From Candidatus Latescibacterota bacterium (GTDB taxonomy: Bacteria; Latescibacterota; UBA2968; UBA8231): a stretch of 64,000 nt of DNA. The translations under genes were made by a program, and so were the position numbers. This document shows positions 55,570-64,000 of the stretch, piece by piece. The DNA is taken from NCBI GenBank assembly GCA_965248355.1, contig OZ252098.1, positions 1,440,001 to 1,504,000 on the forward strand, written 5' to 3'. The notes beneath the pieces are model-generated. The model was not told the DNA's origin. It worked only from the letters and a program-made list of their open reading frames with translations, and ran no database searches. How positions within the stretch are numbered: the first letter of the stretch is position 1; each line of letters starts with the position of its first letter.

Positions 55570-57507
55570 ATGGATCAACCCGTCCCACCCTCCACCTCCA
55601 CCCTCTCCCGCCTCGGCGAGGGGCTCCGCCGCTGGCCGGAGCGCTTCGGCCTCGACCTCCGGGGCCTGGCGCTCTTCCGCATCCTCCTCGGCCTGCTCCT
55701 CCTCGTCGACCTGGCGATGCGGGCGGCCGATCTGCGCGTCTTCTACTCCGACGCCGGCGTGCTCCCGCGCATCGACCTGCTCGACCGGCTCGCCACCGGC
55801 GTCACGCCGTGGAGCGTGTCCCTTCACATGATGAGCGGGCTCTGGGGAGTGCAGCTCCTGCTCTTCGCCATCGCCGCCTTCTGCGCCGTCTGCCTGCTCA
55901 TCGGCCACCGGACCCGGCTCTTCACCGTCCTCAGCTGGTTCCTCCTGATGTCGTTGCACAGCCGGAATCCCACCATTCTCAACGCCGGCGACGTGCTCTT
56001 CCGGATGCTCATGTTCTGGTCCATGTTCCTGCCTCTCGGGGCGCGCTGCTCGGTCGACGCCGCCATGAAGGAGCCGCAAGAGAGCGATCCCGCCGCGCGC
56101 AATGACCGCACCTGGTCGGTGCCCGCCTTCTGTTTCATGGCCCAGATCAGCATCGTCTACTGGGCCACGGCGCTGCTCAAGACCCACCCCATCTGGACCG
56201 AGGACCGAAGCGCGGTCTGGCACGCCCTCAAGCTCGACTACATGGCCCTGCCCCTGGCGACCCTGATGCGCGAGTGGCCGCAAGGCCTGCTCGAGCTCAT
56301 GACCCGGGGCACCCTCTTCCTGGAGGTCGCGGCGCCCCTGCTGCTCTGGGTCCCCGTCTTCGTCGGCCCCCTGCGGCTGACCGCCTGCGCGCTCATGGTC
56401 GCCATGCACGCGACCTTCGCCGCGACCCTGCAGCTCGGCCTGTTCTCGTACGTGTGCGGGGCCATGTGGCTGGCCCTGCTGCCGCCATCGGTCTGGGACC
56501 GCCTGTTCGCGCGCTTCCGGCGCGATCCACGGCGCCTCGGAATGACCCTGCACTACGACGGCGACTGCGGCTTCTGCCGCCGCATGGTCCTCGTGATCCG
56601 CGGCTTCTTCCTGCTGCCCGAGACCGCCATCGCCAAGGGCCAGGACGACGCCAGGATCGAGCGCGCCATGCGCAAGCGGGACTCGTGGGTGGTCACCGAC
56701 CACGAAGGCAAGCACCACTACAAGTTCGAGGCCCTCGGCTACGTGCTCTCGCGCTCGCCGTGGGCGTGGCCCCTCGGGGCGGTCCTGGGGGCGAGGGTGT
56801 TCCGCAAGACCGGCACCTGGCTCTACGACCAGACGGCGGGCCGCCGCGAGCCGATGGGGCGTCTCACCGGCTGGATGCGCCCCCGGCCGGCCGGGCCCCC
56901 GCGCCGTCCCCTCGTCTGGCTCCGCAATGCCTTTCTGCTGGCCACCCTCGCCTACGTCGTCCTCTGGAACGCCCGCGGCCTGCACACCAAGGAGGTCTTT
57001 CAGGCGGACTCCGGGGCCGGCAAGTTCTCGGCGGCGGCCGCGGGCTGGATCTCCGGCTCCCGGGACCGGGGCCCTCCCGTCGACCGCCGGTGGTACGGCC
57101 GCGTCCTGCGGATCAGCCAGCTCTGGAGCATGTTCGCCCCCTATCCGTCCCGCAGCAGCGGGTGGTACGTGGTGGTGGGCACGCTCGCCGATGGATCCCA
57201 GGTCGATCTCTACCGTCACGTCGTCCTGGGAGAGGAGTTCGCGCCGGTCTCCTGGGACCGGCCCGAGCGCCTGGTGGAGACCTTCCGGGGACCGCGCTGG
57301 CGCAAGTACATGATGTCCCTGCGCAAGAAGCAGAAGCGGGAGTACCGCCCCCTCCTGTGCAAGTACCTGGCGCGCGAATGGAAACGGGAGTTCGGCCTCT
57401 CCGCGCCGTTGACCCTGGTGGAGCTCTACTTCAACGAGGAGCGGATCGAGGCCTACGAGCCCAACACGGGGCCGACGAAGCGGCGCCTGTGGTACTACAC
57501 ACCCTGA
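55570..57507 (+). CDS. HTTM-like membrane protein fused to a DCC1-like thiol-disulfide domain
   Basis: DLRGLALFRI, RNP..LN.GD, FLPLG...SVD, YDGDCGFC, QLWSMFAP. Confidence 0.85.
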   Translation: MDQPVPPSTSTLSRLGEGLRRWPERFGLDLRGLALFRILLGLLLLVDLAMRAADLRVFYSDAGVLPRIDLLDRLATGVTPWSVSLHMMSGLWGVQLLLFAIAAFCAVCLLIGHRTRLFTVLSWFLLMSLHSRNPTILNAGDVLFRMLMFWSMFLPLGARCSVDAAMKEPQESDPAARNDRTWSVPAFCFMAQISIVYWATALLKTHPIWTEDRSAVWHALKLDYMALPLATLMREWPQGLLELMTRGTLFLEVAAPLLLWVPVFVGPLRLTACALMVAMHATFAATLQLGLFSYVCGAMWLALLPPSVWDRLFARFRRDPRRLGMTLHYDGDCGFCRRMVLVIRGFFLLPETAIAKGQDDARIERAMRKRDSWVVTDHEGKHHYKFEALGYVLSRSPWAWPLGAVLGARVFRKTGTWLYDQTAGRREPMGRLTGWMRPRPAGPPRRPLVWLRNAFLLATLAYVVLWNARGLHTKEVFQADSGAGKFSAAAAGWISGSRDRGPPVDRRWYGRVLRISQLWSMFAPYPSRSSGWYVVVGTLADGSQVDLYRHVVLGEEFAPVSWDRPERLVETFRGPRWRKYMMSLRKKQKREYRPLLCKYLAREWKREFGLSAPLTLVELYFNEERIEAYEPNTGPTKRRLWYYTP

Positions 57508-57534
57508 GACTGCCATCGACACTTGGGAGGAATC

Positions 57535-57882
57535 ATGCGCCTGCTCATCCCAACCCTCGTCACGGCCCAGCTGGCTGCGGCCGACGCATCCGACTGGCGG
57601 CGACCCGCCGAGATCCACGTAGTTTTGGCCTGGACCAGTGACGAGGTAGCCAACGATGACCACGACTTGAGGAAAGTCGACAAGGAAAACAAGAGGTACA
57701 CCTACCCGAATCGATATGCCAAGCATGGAGACTGCGGCTTTGAACTCGATATCAGGGTCTATGAAGACGACCTCTGGTACGAAGATGAAATGGCCACATG
57801 GTATGGCAAACGGATTCCCATCACCCTCGAAGATCCGGACGAAGTGAAGATCACGGTCAGTCGATCTTCCAACGACGGGTAG
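57535..57882 (+). CDS. hypothetical small acidic exported protein (possibly a fragment)
   Basis: GGAGG RBS, signal-like N-terminus, lower GC. Confidence 0.5.
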   Translation: MRLLIPTLVTAQLAAADASDWRRPAEIHVVLAWTSDEVANDDHDLRKVDKENKRYTYPNRYAKHGDCGFELDIRVYEDDLWYEDEMATWYGKRIPITLEDPDEVKITVSRSSNDG

Positions 57883-57890
57883 CCGTTCAG

Positions 57891-57915
57891 GGCCGGGGGC
57901 TCCTGGCCCCCGGCC
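57891..57915. terminator. 10-bp GC hairpin after the stop codon
   Basis: ggccgggggc-tcctg-gcccccggcc. Confidence 0.5.
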
Positions 57916-57936
57916 TCACCAAAAGTGAGACCGAAG

Positions 57937-58494
57937 ATGAAACTTCAAACGTATTGCTTCCTGGCTGCCCTGGTCCTACAGGTCCAACCATCCAGGGCCG
58001 ACGCCGACACCCTCGCCATGGCCCTGGATCTTCCGAAGGATGGGCTATCCTTCTGGTATCTGTCGAAGAGATCCTCATTTGGAGTCGAGCTGGAACTTCA
58101 ACAAAGGTGGTTCAGGGACAGCGAATGGACGAATACGGATAGCCTTCGGATCGGCCTTGGCCTCGTGTTCCAGAGAGCCTGGACAGATCCGGACGAGCTA
58201 TACCCCTTCTGGTTCCTGCGTTTCAACGGCGCCCACAACACGTATGACCGGCGCCCCAGCCCCAAATCCGGACGTGTCAGCGGATGGTCCATCGTTGTAT
58301 TAGACATGGGCATAGAACTCGGTGTGGGAGTTGCCTGGAAGCCGTTTGACCGAGTCGCCCTATGGGTCAGGCAGGGGATTTCCTTGTCAGGAAGGGGCTG
58401 GACAAGCGACCATCCGACGATCGGCAGACCCGGCCATGCCATGGGCAAGGTTGTCCTGACGGAGCCCGTAGTGCTTGCTGTGTTCTCATGGTAA
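57937..58494 (+). CDS. putative small outer-membrane beta-barrel protein
   Basis: Signal peptide, alternating beta-strand pattern (GLGLVFQ, ELGVGVAWKP), C-terminal FSW. Confidence 0.55.
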   Translation: MKLQTYCFLAALVLQVQPSRADADTLAMALDLPKDGLSFWYLSKRSSFGVELELQQRWFRDSEWTNTDSLRIGLGLVFQRAWTDPDELYPFWFLRFNGAHNTYDRRPSPKSGRVSGWSIVVLDMGIELGVGVAWKPFDRVALWVRQGISLSGRGWTSDHPTIGRPGHAMGKVVLTEPVVLAVFSW

Positions 58495-58778
58495 GTAAAG
58501 AATCGCCCCAGAAACCGCGAAGTGCCCCGGCCTCATTGTAGATCTTGTTTTCTGCTGACGGAGTCTGGCCGTAGCCCGCGCCTTCCCCCCCAAGGACCGT
58601 CCACACGGCCGCCATGGTCGAGGCGAGGAGAATGATGCGGGAAAGCCGGTATGTCATCGGGACTCGCTTGGAGGAGATTCGACCCAAGGCGAGGGGCTGC
58701 TGCTGGCGTAGTGAATGTAGAGCCGCCGGCGACCTTCAGCCTGGAGATGGCCGAAGGCCGTCGCGTCCAGCAGAGTTC

Positions 58779-59189
58779 TCAGTGCCGTTTGCCGCCGTGA
58801 TGGGAGGCGGGGCCGTGTCTCATCCAGCGCTTGTGGCGCTCCAGGTGCCGCTGCAGCCGCCGGCGCTGATCGTCGGTCAGCAGCGGATGGAGGGCGGCTC
58901 TCATGGAGTCCAGCTGGGCCCGGCGCTGGCCGTCCCTGGCGATGCGGTTGGTCCGCATCCGTCCATCGATGCGGCGCAGGACCTCGGCGATCTGCTCGCG
59001 CCGGGTCTCGTCCACCGGGCCGATGGCCCGCCGGATGCCGGCGGTGAACAGGGCCGGCCTCGCCAGGCTCAGGGCGTCGCGGAAGCGGTGGCGCTGGTAG
59101 ACGCTGAACCCGAGGGCCCCCACTACCATGCCCAACACGAGGGTGGCGATGAGGATGGCGGCGATCCGGGTGCCGGAGGACACGGTCAC
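58779..59189 (-). CDS. membrane-anchored helical periplasmic protein (CpxP/heavy-metal sensor-like)
   Basis: GTGA overlap with the anti-sigma gene; TM LVLGMVVGALG; LLTDDQRRR (LTxxQ motif); His-rich tail. Confidence 0.65.
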   Translation of the reverse strand: MTVSSGTRIAAILIATLVLGMVVGALGFSVYQRHRFRDALSLARPALFTAGIRRAIGPVDETRREQIAEVLRRIDGRMRTNRIARDGQRRAQLDSMRAALHPLLTDDQRRRLQRHLERHKRWMRHGPASHHGGKRH

Positions 59190-59605
59190 AGCTCCATCAT
59201 CTCGGCGGTCTCCGCCGAAACCGGCGGCACGCCGAAGGTGACCTCCAGGAAGGAGGACCCCTCGGACGAGAGGTCGCGGTCCCGCCAGTTCAGCACCGCC
59301 AGGAACAGCGCCACGGCCAGGGTGACGGGCACGAGGGGGCGGAAGAGGCGCATGAGGCCGTCGGCGAGGCTGGGCGCCCCGGCGCGCTCGCGGCTCAGGC
59401 GGGCCAGGACGCTCGCGGAGAACCAGGCGCCGAAGCTCTCGGCCCGAGTCGCCGAGAGCAGGTCCCCCGTCCGGCGCAACTGCTCCCATTCCATGCGGAA
59501 GCCCTCGTCCGAGGACAGCAGCTCCTCGAAACGGGCCTTCCGCCCTTCGTCGAGATCGCCGCCCAGGGCCCGGGCGAGCAACTCGTCCCGTTCACTCTTC
59601 TCCAT
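59186..59605 (-). CDS. putative anti-sigma factor
   Basis: Overlaps the ECF sigma stop. L..ALGGDL......FEELL N-domain plus a single TM. Confidence 0.7.
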   Translation of the reverse strand: MEKSERDELLARALGGDLDEGRKARFEELLSSDEGFRMEWEQLRRTGDLLSATRAESFGAWFSASVLARLSRERAGAPSLADGLMRLFRPLVPVTLAVALFLAVLNWRDRDLSSEGSSFLEVTFGVPPVSAETAEMMEL

Positions 59606-60167
59606 GATCGAACCTCCGCTGCAGGATCTCCTTCAGGCTGGACAGGCCGCGCGACAGCCGCGACAGCACCGTGCCTTCGGGCAGCCCCAGGGCCTGGGCC
59701 GTCTCCCGCGTCGAATACCCCTGGATCGTGCGCAGCACCACCACGGCGCGGTGATCCGGCTTGAGCCGTTGCAGCGCCATTTGCACCTCGGCCCGGGTGT
59801 CGGCCTGGTCCTGCAGGGCCGCCCCGTCCGTGAACGGCGCCGGCGCCGGGTCCTCTTCGCTGTCCAGACTCCAGAATCGCCACCGAGCCCGCTGACGGCT
59901 CCTCGAGACGTTGAGCGAGAGGTTGATGGCGATGCGGGTAAGATAGGTGCCAAGGGCCGCCTCTCCACGGAAGCGGCCGAGGGCGGCGTGGAAGCGGATG
60001 AAGGTCTCCTGGCCCACGTCCTCGGCGTCCGTTCCCGGTCCCAGCATGCCCACCACCGTCGCCGCGACCTGGGACTCGTAGCGCTCGACGAGCTCGCGGA
60101 AGGCCCCGTCGTCGCCGTCGCCGGCGCGCCGGGTCAGCTCCAGGTCAGACGGGGGTTCTCCACTCAT
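59592..60167 (-). CDS. ECF RNA polymerase sigma factor
   Basis: GD..AFRELVERY, DAEDVGQETF, TYLTRIAIN, GTVLSRLSR. Confidence 0.95.
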   Translation of the reverse strand: MSGEPPSDLELTRRAGDGDDGAFRELVERYESQVAATVVGMLGPGTDAEDVGQETFIRFHAALGRFRGEAALGTYLTRIAINLSLNVSRSRQRARWRFWSLDSEEDPAPAPFTDGAALQDQADTRAEVQMALQRLKPDHRAVVVLRTIQGYSTRETAQALGLPEGTVLSRLSRGLSSLKEILQRRFDHGEE

Positions 60168-60201
60168 TGGACAGCGGCCGTCCCCTCTTCATTCCCCTCT
60201 T

Positions 60202-62748
60202 TCACAGCCTCGGGTCGACCGGCTCGCTCTCCAGGGCCAGGACGCCGAAGACGCATTCGTGCACGCGGTAGAGGGGTTCCCTCTCGACGAAGCGGTGCAG
60301 GGCCTCCAGGCCGAGGGCGAACTCGCGCAGGGCCAGCGAGCGCTTCACCGACAGGCGGCGCTGCCGCAGTCGCTCGATCTGCCCGGGGAGGGTGTACTCG
60401 GGGCCGTAGATGATGCGCAGGTACTCCCGCCCCCGGCACTTGAGGGCCGGCTGGGCCGGCCCCTTGCGCCCCCGGGCGAGCCAGTCCAGGGGCTTGACCA
60501 CCATGCCCTCTCCGCCGCCGTCGGTGAGCTCGTGCCACCAGCGGGTCCCCTGCTCCTCGCTGTCCGGGTCGGCCGTGTCGACGAGGCGGTACCGCGTCTC
60601 GAGCAGCAGCTCCGCATCCGCCCGGCACAGCTCCGCCAGGGTCTCCATGTGCCAGAGGTGGTCCTCATCCGTGTGGACGCGGCCCTCGGTGGCCAGCAGG
60701 TGGAAGGGGGCGATCCTCAGATCCGAGAGGCCGTCCACCGTCCAGCAGTAACGCCGGTAGGCGTCGACGTAGCGGGAGATGCAGCCCTGCCGCTGCCGCA
60801 GGTGGGCCTCCAGCTCCTCGCTGCCGCCGCCCCTTTCGGCGGCCTGTCCCAGGGCCGCGAGGCCGGCCTCGAAGGCGGCCCCGGCGGCGGCCCCGGCGGG
60901 GGCGTACTGGCTGCTCAGCAGCTCCTGCGCCTTGTCCGACCAGGGCATGATCTCGGCGTCGAGGCAGATCCAGTCGCTCTCGAACCGCTGCCAGAGTCCG
61001 GCGCCTTCCACCGCGGCGCGCAGTCTCGCCACGACCTCGGAGCCGCGCTCCGGGTCGCTGAAGAAGGGACGCCCGGTGCGGGTGTGGATCACCCCGGCCT
61101 CGCCGCGGCCGGCTCCGAACCTCCGTTGCGCCGCGGCTTCGTCCCGGCACAGCAGGATCACCGCTCGCGATCCCATGTGCTTCTCCTGGCAGATCACCCT
61201 GGAAACCCCCTGGCCCCGGTAGTAGGCGAAGGTCTCGCGCGGGTGCTCGAGGTACTCCCCCTCGGCGGCGGTGTCGGACGGGGCCATGGTGGGCGGCAGG
61301 TAGATCAGCCAGCGCGGGTCGAGGGCGAAGCGGCTCATCACCTCGAGCGCGGCGGCGGCGTTCTCCTGGCGGATGGTGACGCCGCGGTGCAGGCGGGTGG
61401 AGACGACGCGCTTGCCGATGACGTCGCCGATATCGAGCAGATCCCCGTACGGCCGCGTCTCGACCGCCTCCTCGGAGGAGATCAGCGGCCGCACCGGCTC
61501 GCACCAGACCTGCCGCGCCGGCACCTGGACGATCTCCTTCTCCGGGTAGCGCAGCGCCGTCAGCCGGCCGCCGAAGACGCACCCGGTGTCGATGTTGAGG
61601 GTGCCGTTCACCCACTCCGGCTCGGGCACGGGGGTGTGGCCGTAGACCACCGCCGCCCGGCCGCGGTAGGCCGCGGCCCAGTCGCAGCGCACCGGCAGGC
61701 CGAACTCGTCGGTCTCGCCGGTGGTCTCGCCGTAGAGGGCGAACTCGCGGACCCGGCCCGAGGCGCGCCCCTGGAGGCCCTCCTCGAGGCCGGCGTGGGC
61801 GACGACGAGATCGCCGCCGTCGAGCACGTAGTGGCTGACCAGGCGGCCGATGAAGGCCGCCGCCTCGTCGGCGAACTCGTCCGGTTCGTTCTCGAGCTGC
61901 TCCAGGGTCTCGGCGAGGCCGTGGGCGATCTTGACATCGCGCCCCTGCAGCTTGCGCAGCAGCTTGACGTCGTGGTTGCCGGGAACGCAGAGGGCGGTTC
62001 CCGCCTCCACCATCCCCATGACCAGGCGCAGCACCTCGGGAGAGCGGGGACCGCGGTCGACGAGATCCCCGAGGAAGACCGCCTTGCGCCCTTCCGGGTG
62101 GCGCGCCTCCGGCCCCTCGCACCCGCCGCCGATCTCCCAGCCGAGGGTGGCGAGCAGGTCCACCAGCTCGTCGCAGCAGCCGTGGATGTCGCCGACGATG
62201 TCGAAGGGGCCGCGCTCGCCGCGCCGGTCCGGCCACAGCGGCTGGCGCTCGATGGAGGCGGCTTCCGCTTCTTCCGGGCTGCCGAAGACGGTGACCGAGT
62301 GGAATCCCTCCCGCCCGAGGCCGCGCAGGGAGCGGCGCAGGGAGCGGCTCTGCCGGCGCACCACCTGGGGGGGGATGTCGCGGTCGGCGCGCTCCTCGTT
62401 GCGCCCCTGGCAGAGCTGGGACGGCAGGTCGAAGACGATGGCCGCGGCGAGGAGGTGGAACTCGCGGGCCAGGGCGATCAGCCGGGCGCGGTCCTCGGGC
62501 TTCACGCTCGTCGCGTCGATCACGGTGAGCCGGCGGCCGGCGAGCCGTTTCGAGGCGATGTAGTGAAGGAGGTCGAAGGCGTCGCCGGTGACCGACAGGT
62601 CGTTCTCGTCGTCGGCCAGGAGGCCGCGGCAGTGGTCGGAGGAGATCACCTCGGTGGGCCGGAAGTGCCGCCGCGCGAAGGTCGACTTGCCGCTCCCCGA
62701 GGGGCCGGCGAGCACGACCAGGGAGGGCTCGGGAAGGGTGACCTTCAT
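60202..62748 (-). CDS. pnkp: polynucleotide kinase-phosphatase-ligase Pnkp (848 aa)
   Basis: GPSGSGKST; GDIHG, GDLVDRG, GNHD; EKHMGSR, EGMVVK; C-terminal ESEPVDPRL. ATGA overlap with hen1. Confidence 0.95.
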   Translation of the reverse strand: MKVTLPEPSLVVLAGPSGSGKSTFARRHFRPTEVISSDHCRGLLADDENDLSVTGDAFDLLHYIASKRLAGRRLTVIDATSVKPEDRARLIALAREFHLLAAAIVFDLPSQLCQGRNEERADRDIPPQVVRRQSRSLRRSLRGLGREGFHSVTVFGSPEEAEAASIERQPLWPDRRGERGPFDIVGDIHGCCDELVDLLATLGWEIGGGCEGPEARHPEGRKAVFLGDLVDRGPRSPEVLRLVMGMVEAGTALCVPGNHDVKLLRKLQGRDVKIAHGLAETLEQLENEPDEFADEAAAFIGRLVSHYVLDGGDLVVAHAGLEEGLQGRASGRVREFALYGETTGETDEFGLPVRCDWAAAYRGRAAVVYGHTPVPEPEWVNGTLNIDTGCVFGGRLTALRYPEKEIVQVPARQVWCEPVRPLISSEEAVETRPYGDLLDIGDVIGKRVVSTRLHRGVTIRQENAAAALEVMSRFALDPRWLIYLPPTMAPSDTAAEGEYLEHPRETFAYYRGQGVSRVICQEKHMGSRAVILLCRDEAAAQRRFGAGRGEAGVIHTRTGRPFFSDPERGSEVVARLRAAVEGAGLWQRFESDWICLDAEIMPWSDKAQELLSSQYAPAGAAAGAAFEAGLAALGQAAERGGGSEELEAHLRQRQGCISRYVDAYRRYCWTVDGLSDLRIAPFHLLATEGRVHTDEDHLWHMETLAELCRADAELLLETRYRLVDTADPDSEEQGTRWWHELTDGGGEGMVVKPLDWLARGRKGPAQPALKCRGREYLRIIYGPEYTLPGQIERLRQRRLSVKRSLALREFALGLEALHRFVEREPLYRVHECVFGVLALESEPVDPRL

Positions 62749-64000
62749 CGCGAGAACACGGCCATCTGCGTCGGCGGGCCGAGCTCCGGGTCCTCTTCGC
62801 CCACCGGCAGGAAGCGGACCGAGTACCCGAAGCGCTCGGCCGCGGCGCTCCCCCAGTCCCGGAACTGCCGCCGCGTCCACTCGAAGCGGTGGTCGCGGTG
62901 GCGGAACCGGCCCGCGGGGAGGGATTCGAAGCGGGTGTTGTAGTCGGCGTTGGGCGTGGTGGCGATCAACGTGGCCGGCCGCGCGAACTCGAAGAGGACG
63001 CGCTCGAAGGCCGGCAGCCGCGGTGGATCGATGTGCTCGATCACCTCCACGGCGCAGGCGGCGTCGTACCCGGAGAGACGCTCGTCCCGGTAGGTGAGGG
63101 AGCCCTGGAACAGCTCCAGGCGCTGCCGCCGCCCGGCCGGGAGGCGCTCGAGGCCGAGGCGCTCCCCGGCGATCTCGAGGGCCCGGAAGGAGACGTCCAT
63201 GCCGGCGAGGCGGTCCCACTCCCCGTCGTCGAGCAGAGCCTTGAGGAGCTTGCCCTCCCCGCAGCCGAGATCGATGACGCTGCGCGCCCCCGCCCCCCGG
63301 AGCGCCTCCCTCACCGCGGCGAGGCGCTGCTCGTTCAGGCTCATGGGCCGCTCGAGACCCTCCTCCTCCTGTTCGTGCTCCGTCTCGGAATCCGCCTGCG
63401 GGTCCTCCTCGGCCACGAGCCGGGCCAGCGCCTCCTTGGCCAGATAGCGCTGATGCTTGAGGTAGCGGCGGGCGATCTGCTCCCGCTCCGGGTGCGAGGA
63501 CAGCCAGCCTTCCCCCCGGGCCAGCAGCTTGTCCAGCTCCTCCTGCCCGACCCAGTAGTGCTTGTCGTCGTCGAGCACCGGAAGCAGCACGTAGAGGTGG
63601 GAGAGCAGGTCGCGGAGCCGGCAGGTCCCCGCCAGCCGCACCTGGAAGTAGGGGCTCTCCCCCCACTCCGGGAAGTGTTCGTCGAGAGGCAGGCGCCGCG
63701 CCTCGACGGAGTATCCCAGCGGCTCGAAGAGGCGGCGCAGAAAGGGCTCCCCGCCGCGGCAGGGGAGGACGGCGACCTCCGCCTCGAGGGGGATCGAGGT
63801 GTCCGCGAGGCGGGGCCGGTCCCGGCTGCTGCCCTTGAGAGCGGATCCGAAGACGCGGGCCATGGCGACGCTGAGGAAGGAGGAGGCCACGTAGGGGCGG
63901 TCGTTGACGTACTGCTTCAGGCCCCGGGGTCCGCGCACGAGACCGACCGGATCGAGATCGAGGAGCATGGCCGCTTCGCAGCGGTCCTCGCGCGCCATCG
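62745..64000 (-). CDS. hen1: 3'-terminal RNA ribose 2'-O-methyltransferase Hen1 (5'-truncated by window edge)
   Basis: YVNDRPYVASS, PVLDDDKHYWV, DLGCGEG, EVIEH, RHRDHRFEWTR. Confidence 0.95.
   Translation of the reverse strand, partial: MAREDRCEAAMLLDLDPVGLVRGPRGLKQYVNDRPYVASSFLSVAMARVFGSALKGSSRDRPRLADTSIPLEAEVAVLPCRGGEPFLRRLFEPLGYSVEARRLPLDEHFPEWGESPYFQVRLAGTCRLRDLLSHLYVLLPVLDDDKHYWVGQEELDKLLARGEGWLSSHPEREQIARRYLKHQRYLAKEALARLVAEEDPQADSETEHEQEEEGLERPMSLNEQRLAAVREALRGAGARSVIDLGCGEGKLLKALLDDGEWDRLAGMDVSFRALEIAGERLGLERLPAGRRQRLELFQGSLTYRDERLSGYDAACAVEVIEHIDPPRLPAFERVLFEFARPATLIATTPNADYNTRFESLPAGRFRHRDHRFEWTRRQFRDWGSAAAERFGYSVRFLPVGEEDPELGPPTQMAVFSR

Overview
High-GC bacterial chromosomal window, densely coding and mostly on the minus strand. 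The gene repertoire suggests an FCB-group lineage such as Latescibacterota or Gemmatimonadota, possibly host-associated (inference only): a YWTD/LDL-receptor repeat protein with a T9SS-like 'NYPNPFN' tail, a protein ending in TAV..SWGxxK, several GH10-like TIM barrels and OPT-like membrane proteins. Housekeeping genes include hom, asd, argE-like, ctaA, fdhD, yitJ-like, a CCA enzyme, the PurH N-domain, lpdA and rnhA. There is a catabolic cluster, two complete IS elements (IS5 family inside the YWTD gene, IS630 in the 3' end of a TM0106 nuclease-helicase), an HNH endonuclease, a Hen1-Pnkp RNA-repair pair and an ECF sigma/anti-sigma module. The best candidate for an uncharacterised system is the left-end operon: a pseudo-SDR, an SDR, a 1605-aa fusion of a degenerate M28/PA peptidase fold with an FtsX/MacB permease, and an OPT-like transporter. 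The window also carries several duplication and deletion scars: a duplicated gene start with hairpins, an enolase gene broken by an AAA-ATPase fragment, a tandem enolase pair differing by a 16-aa loop, and a shortened Ldh. No rRNA, tRNA or CRISPR array was seen. All family calls come from motif recognition by eye; no searches were run.
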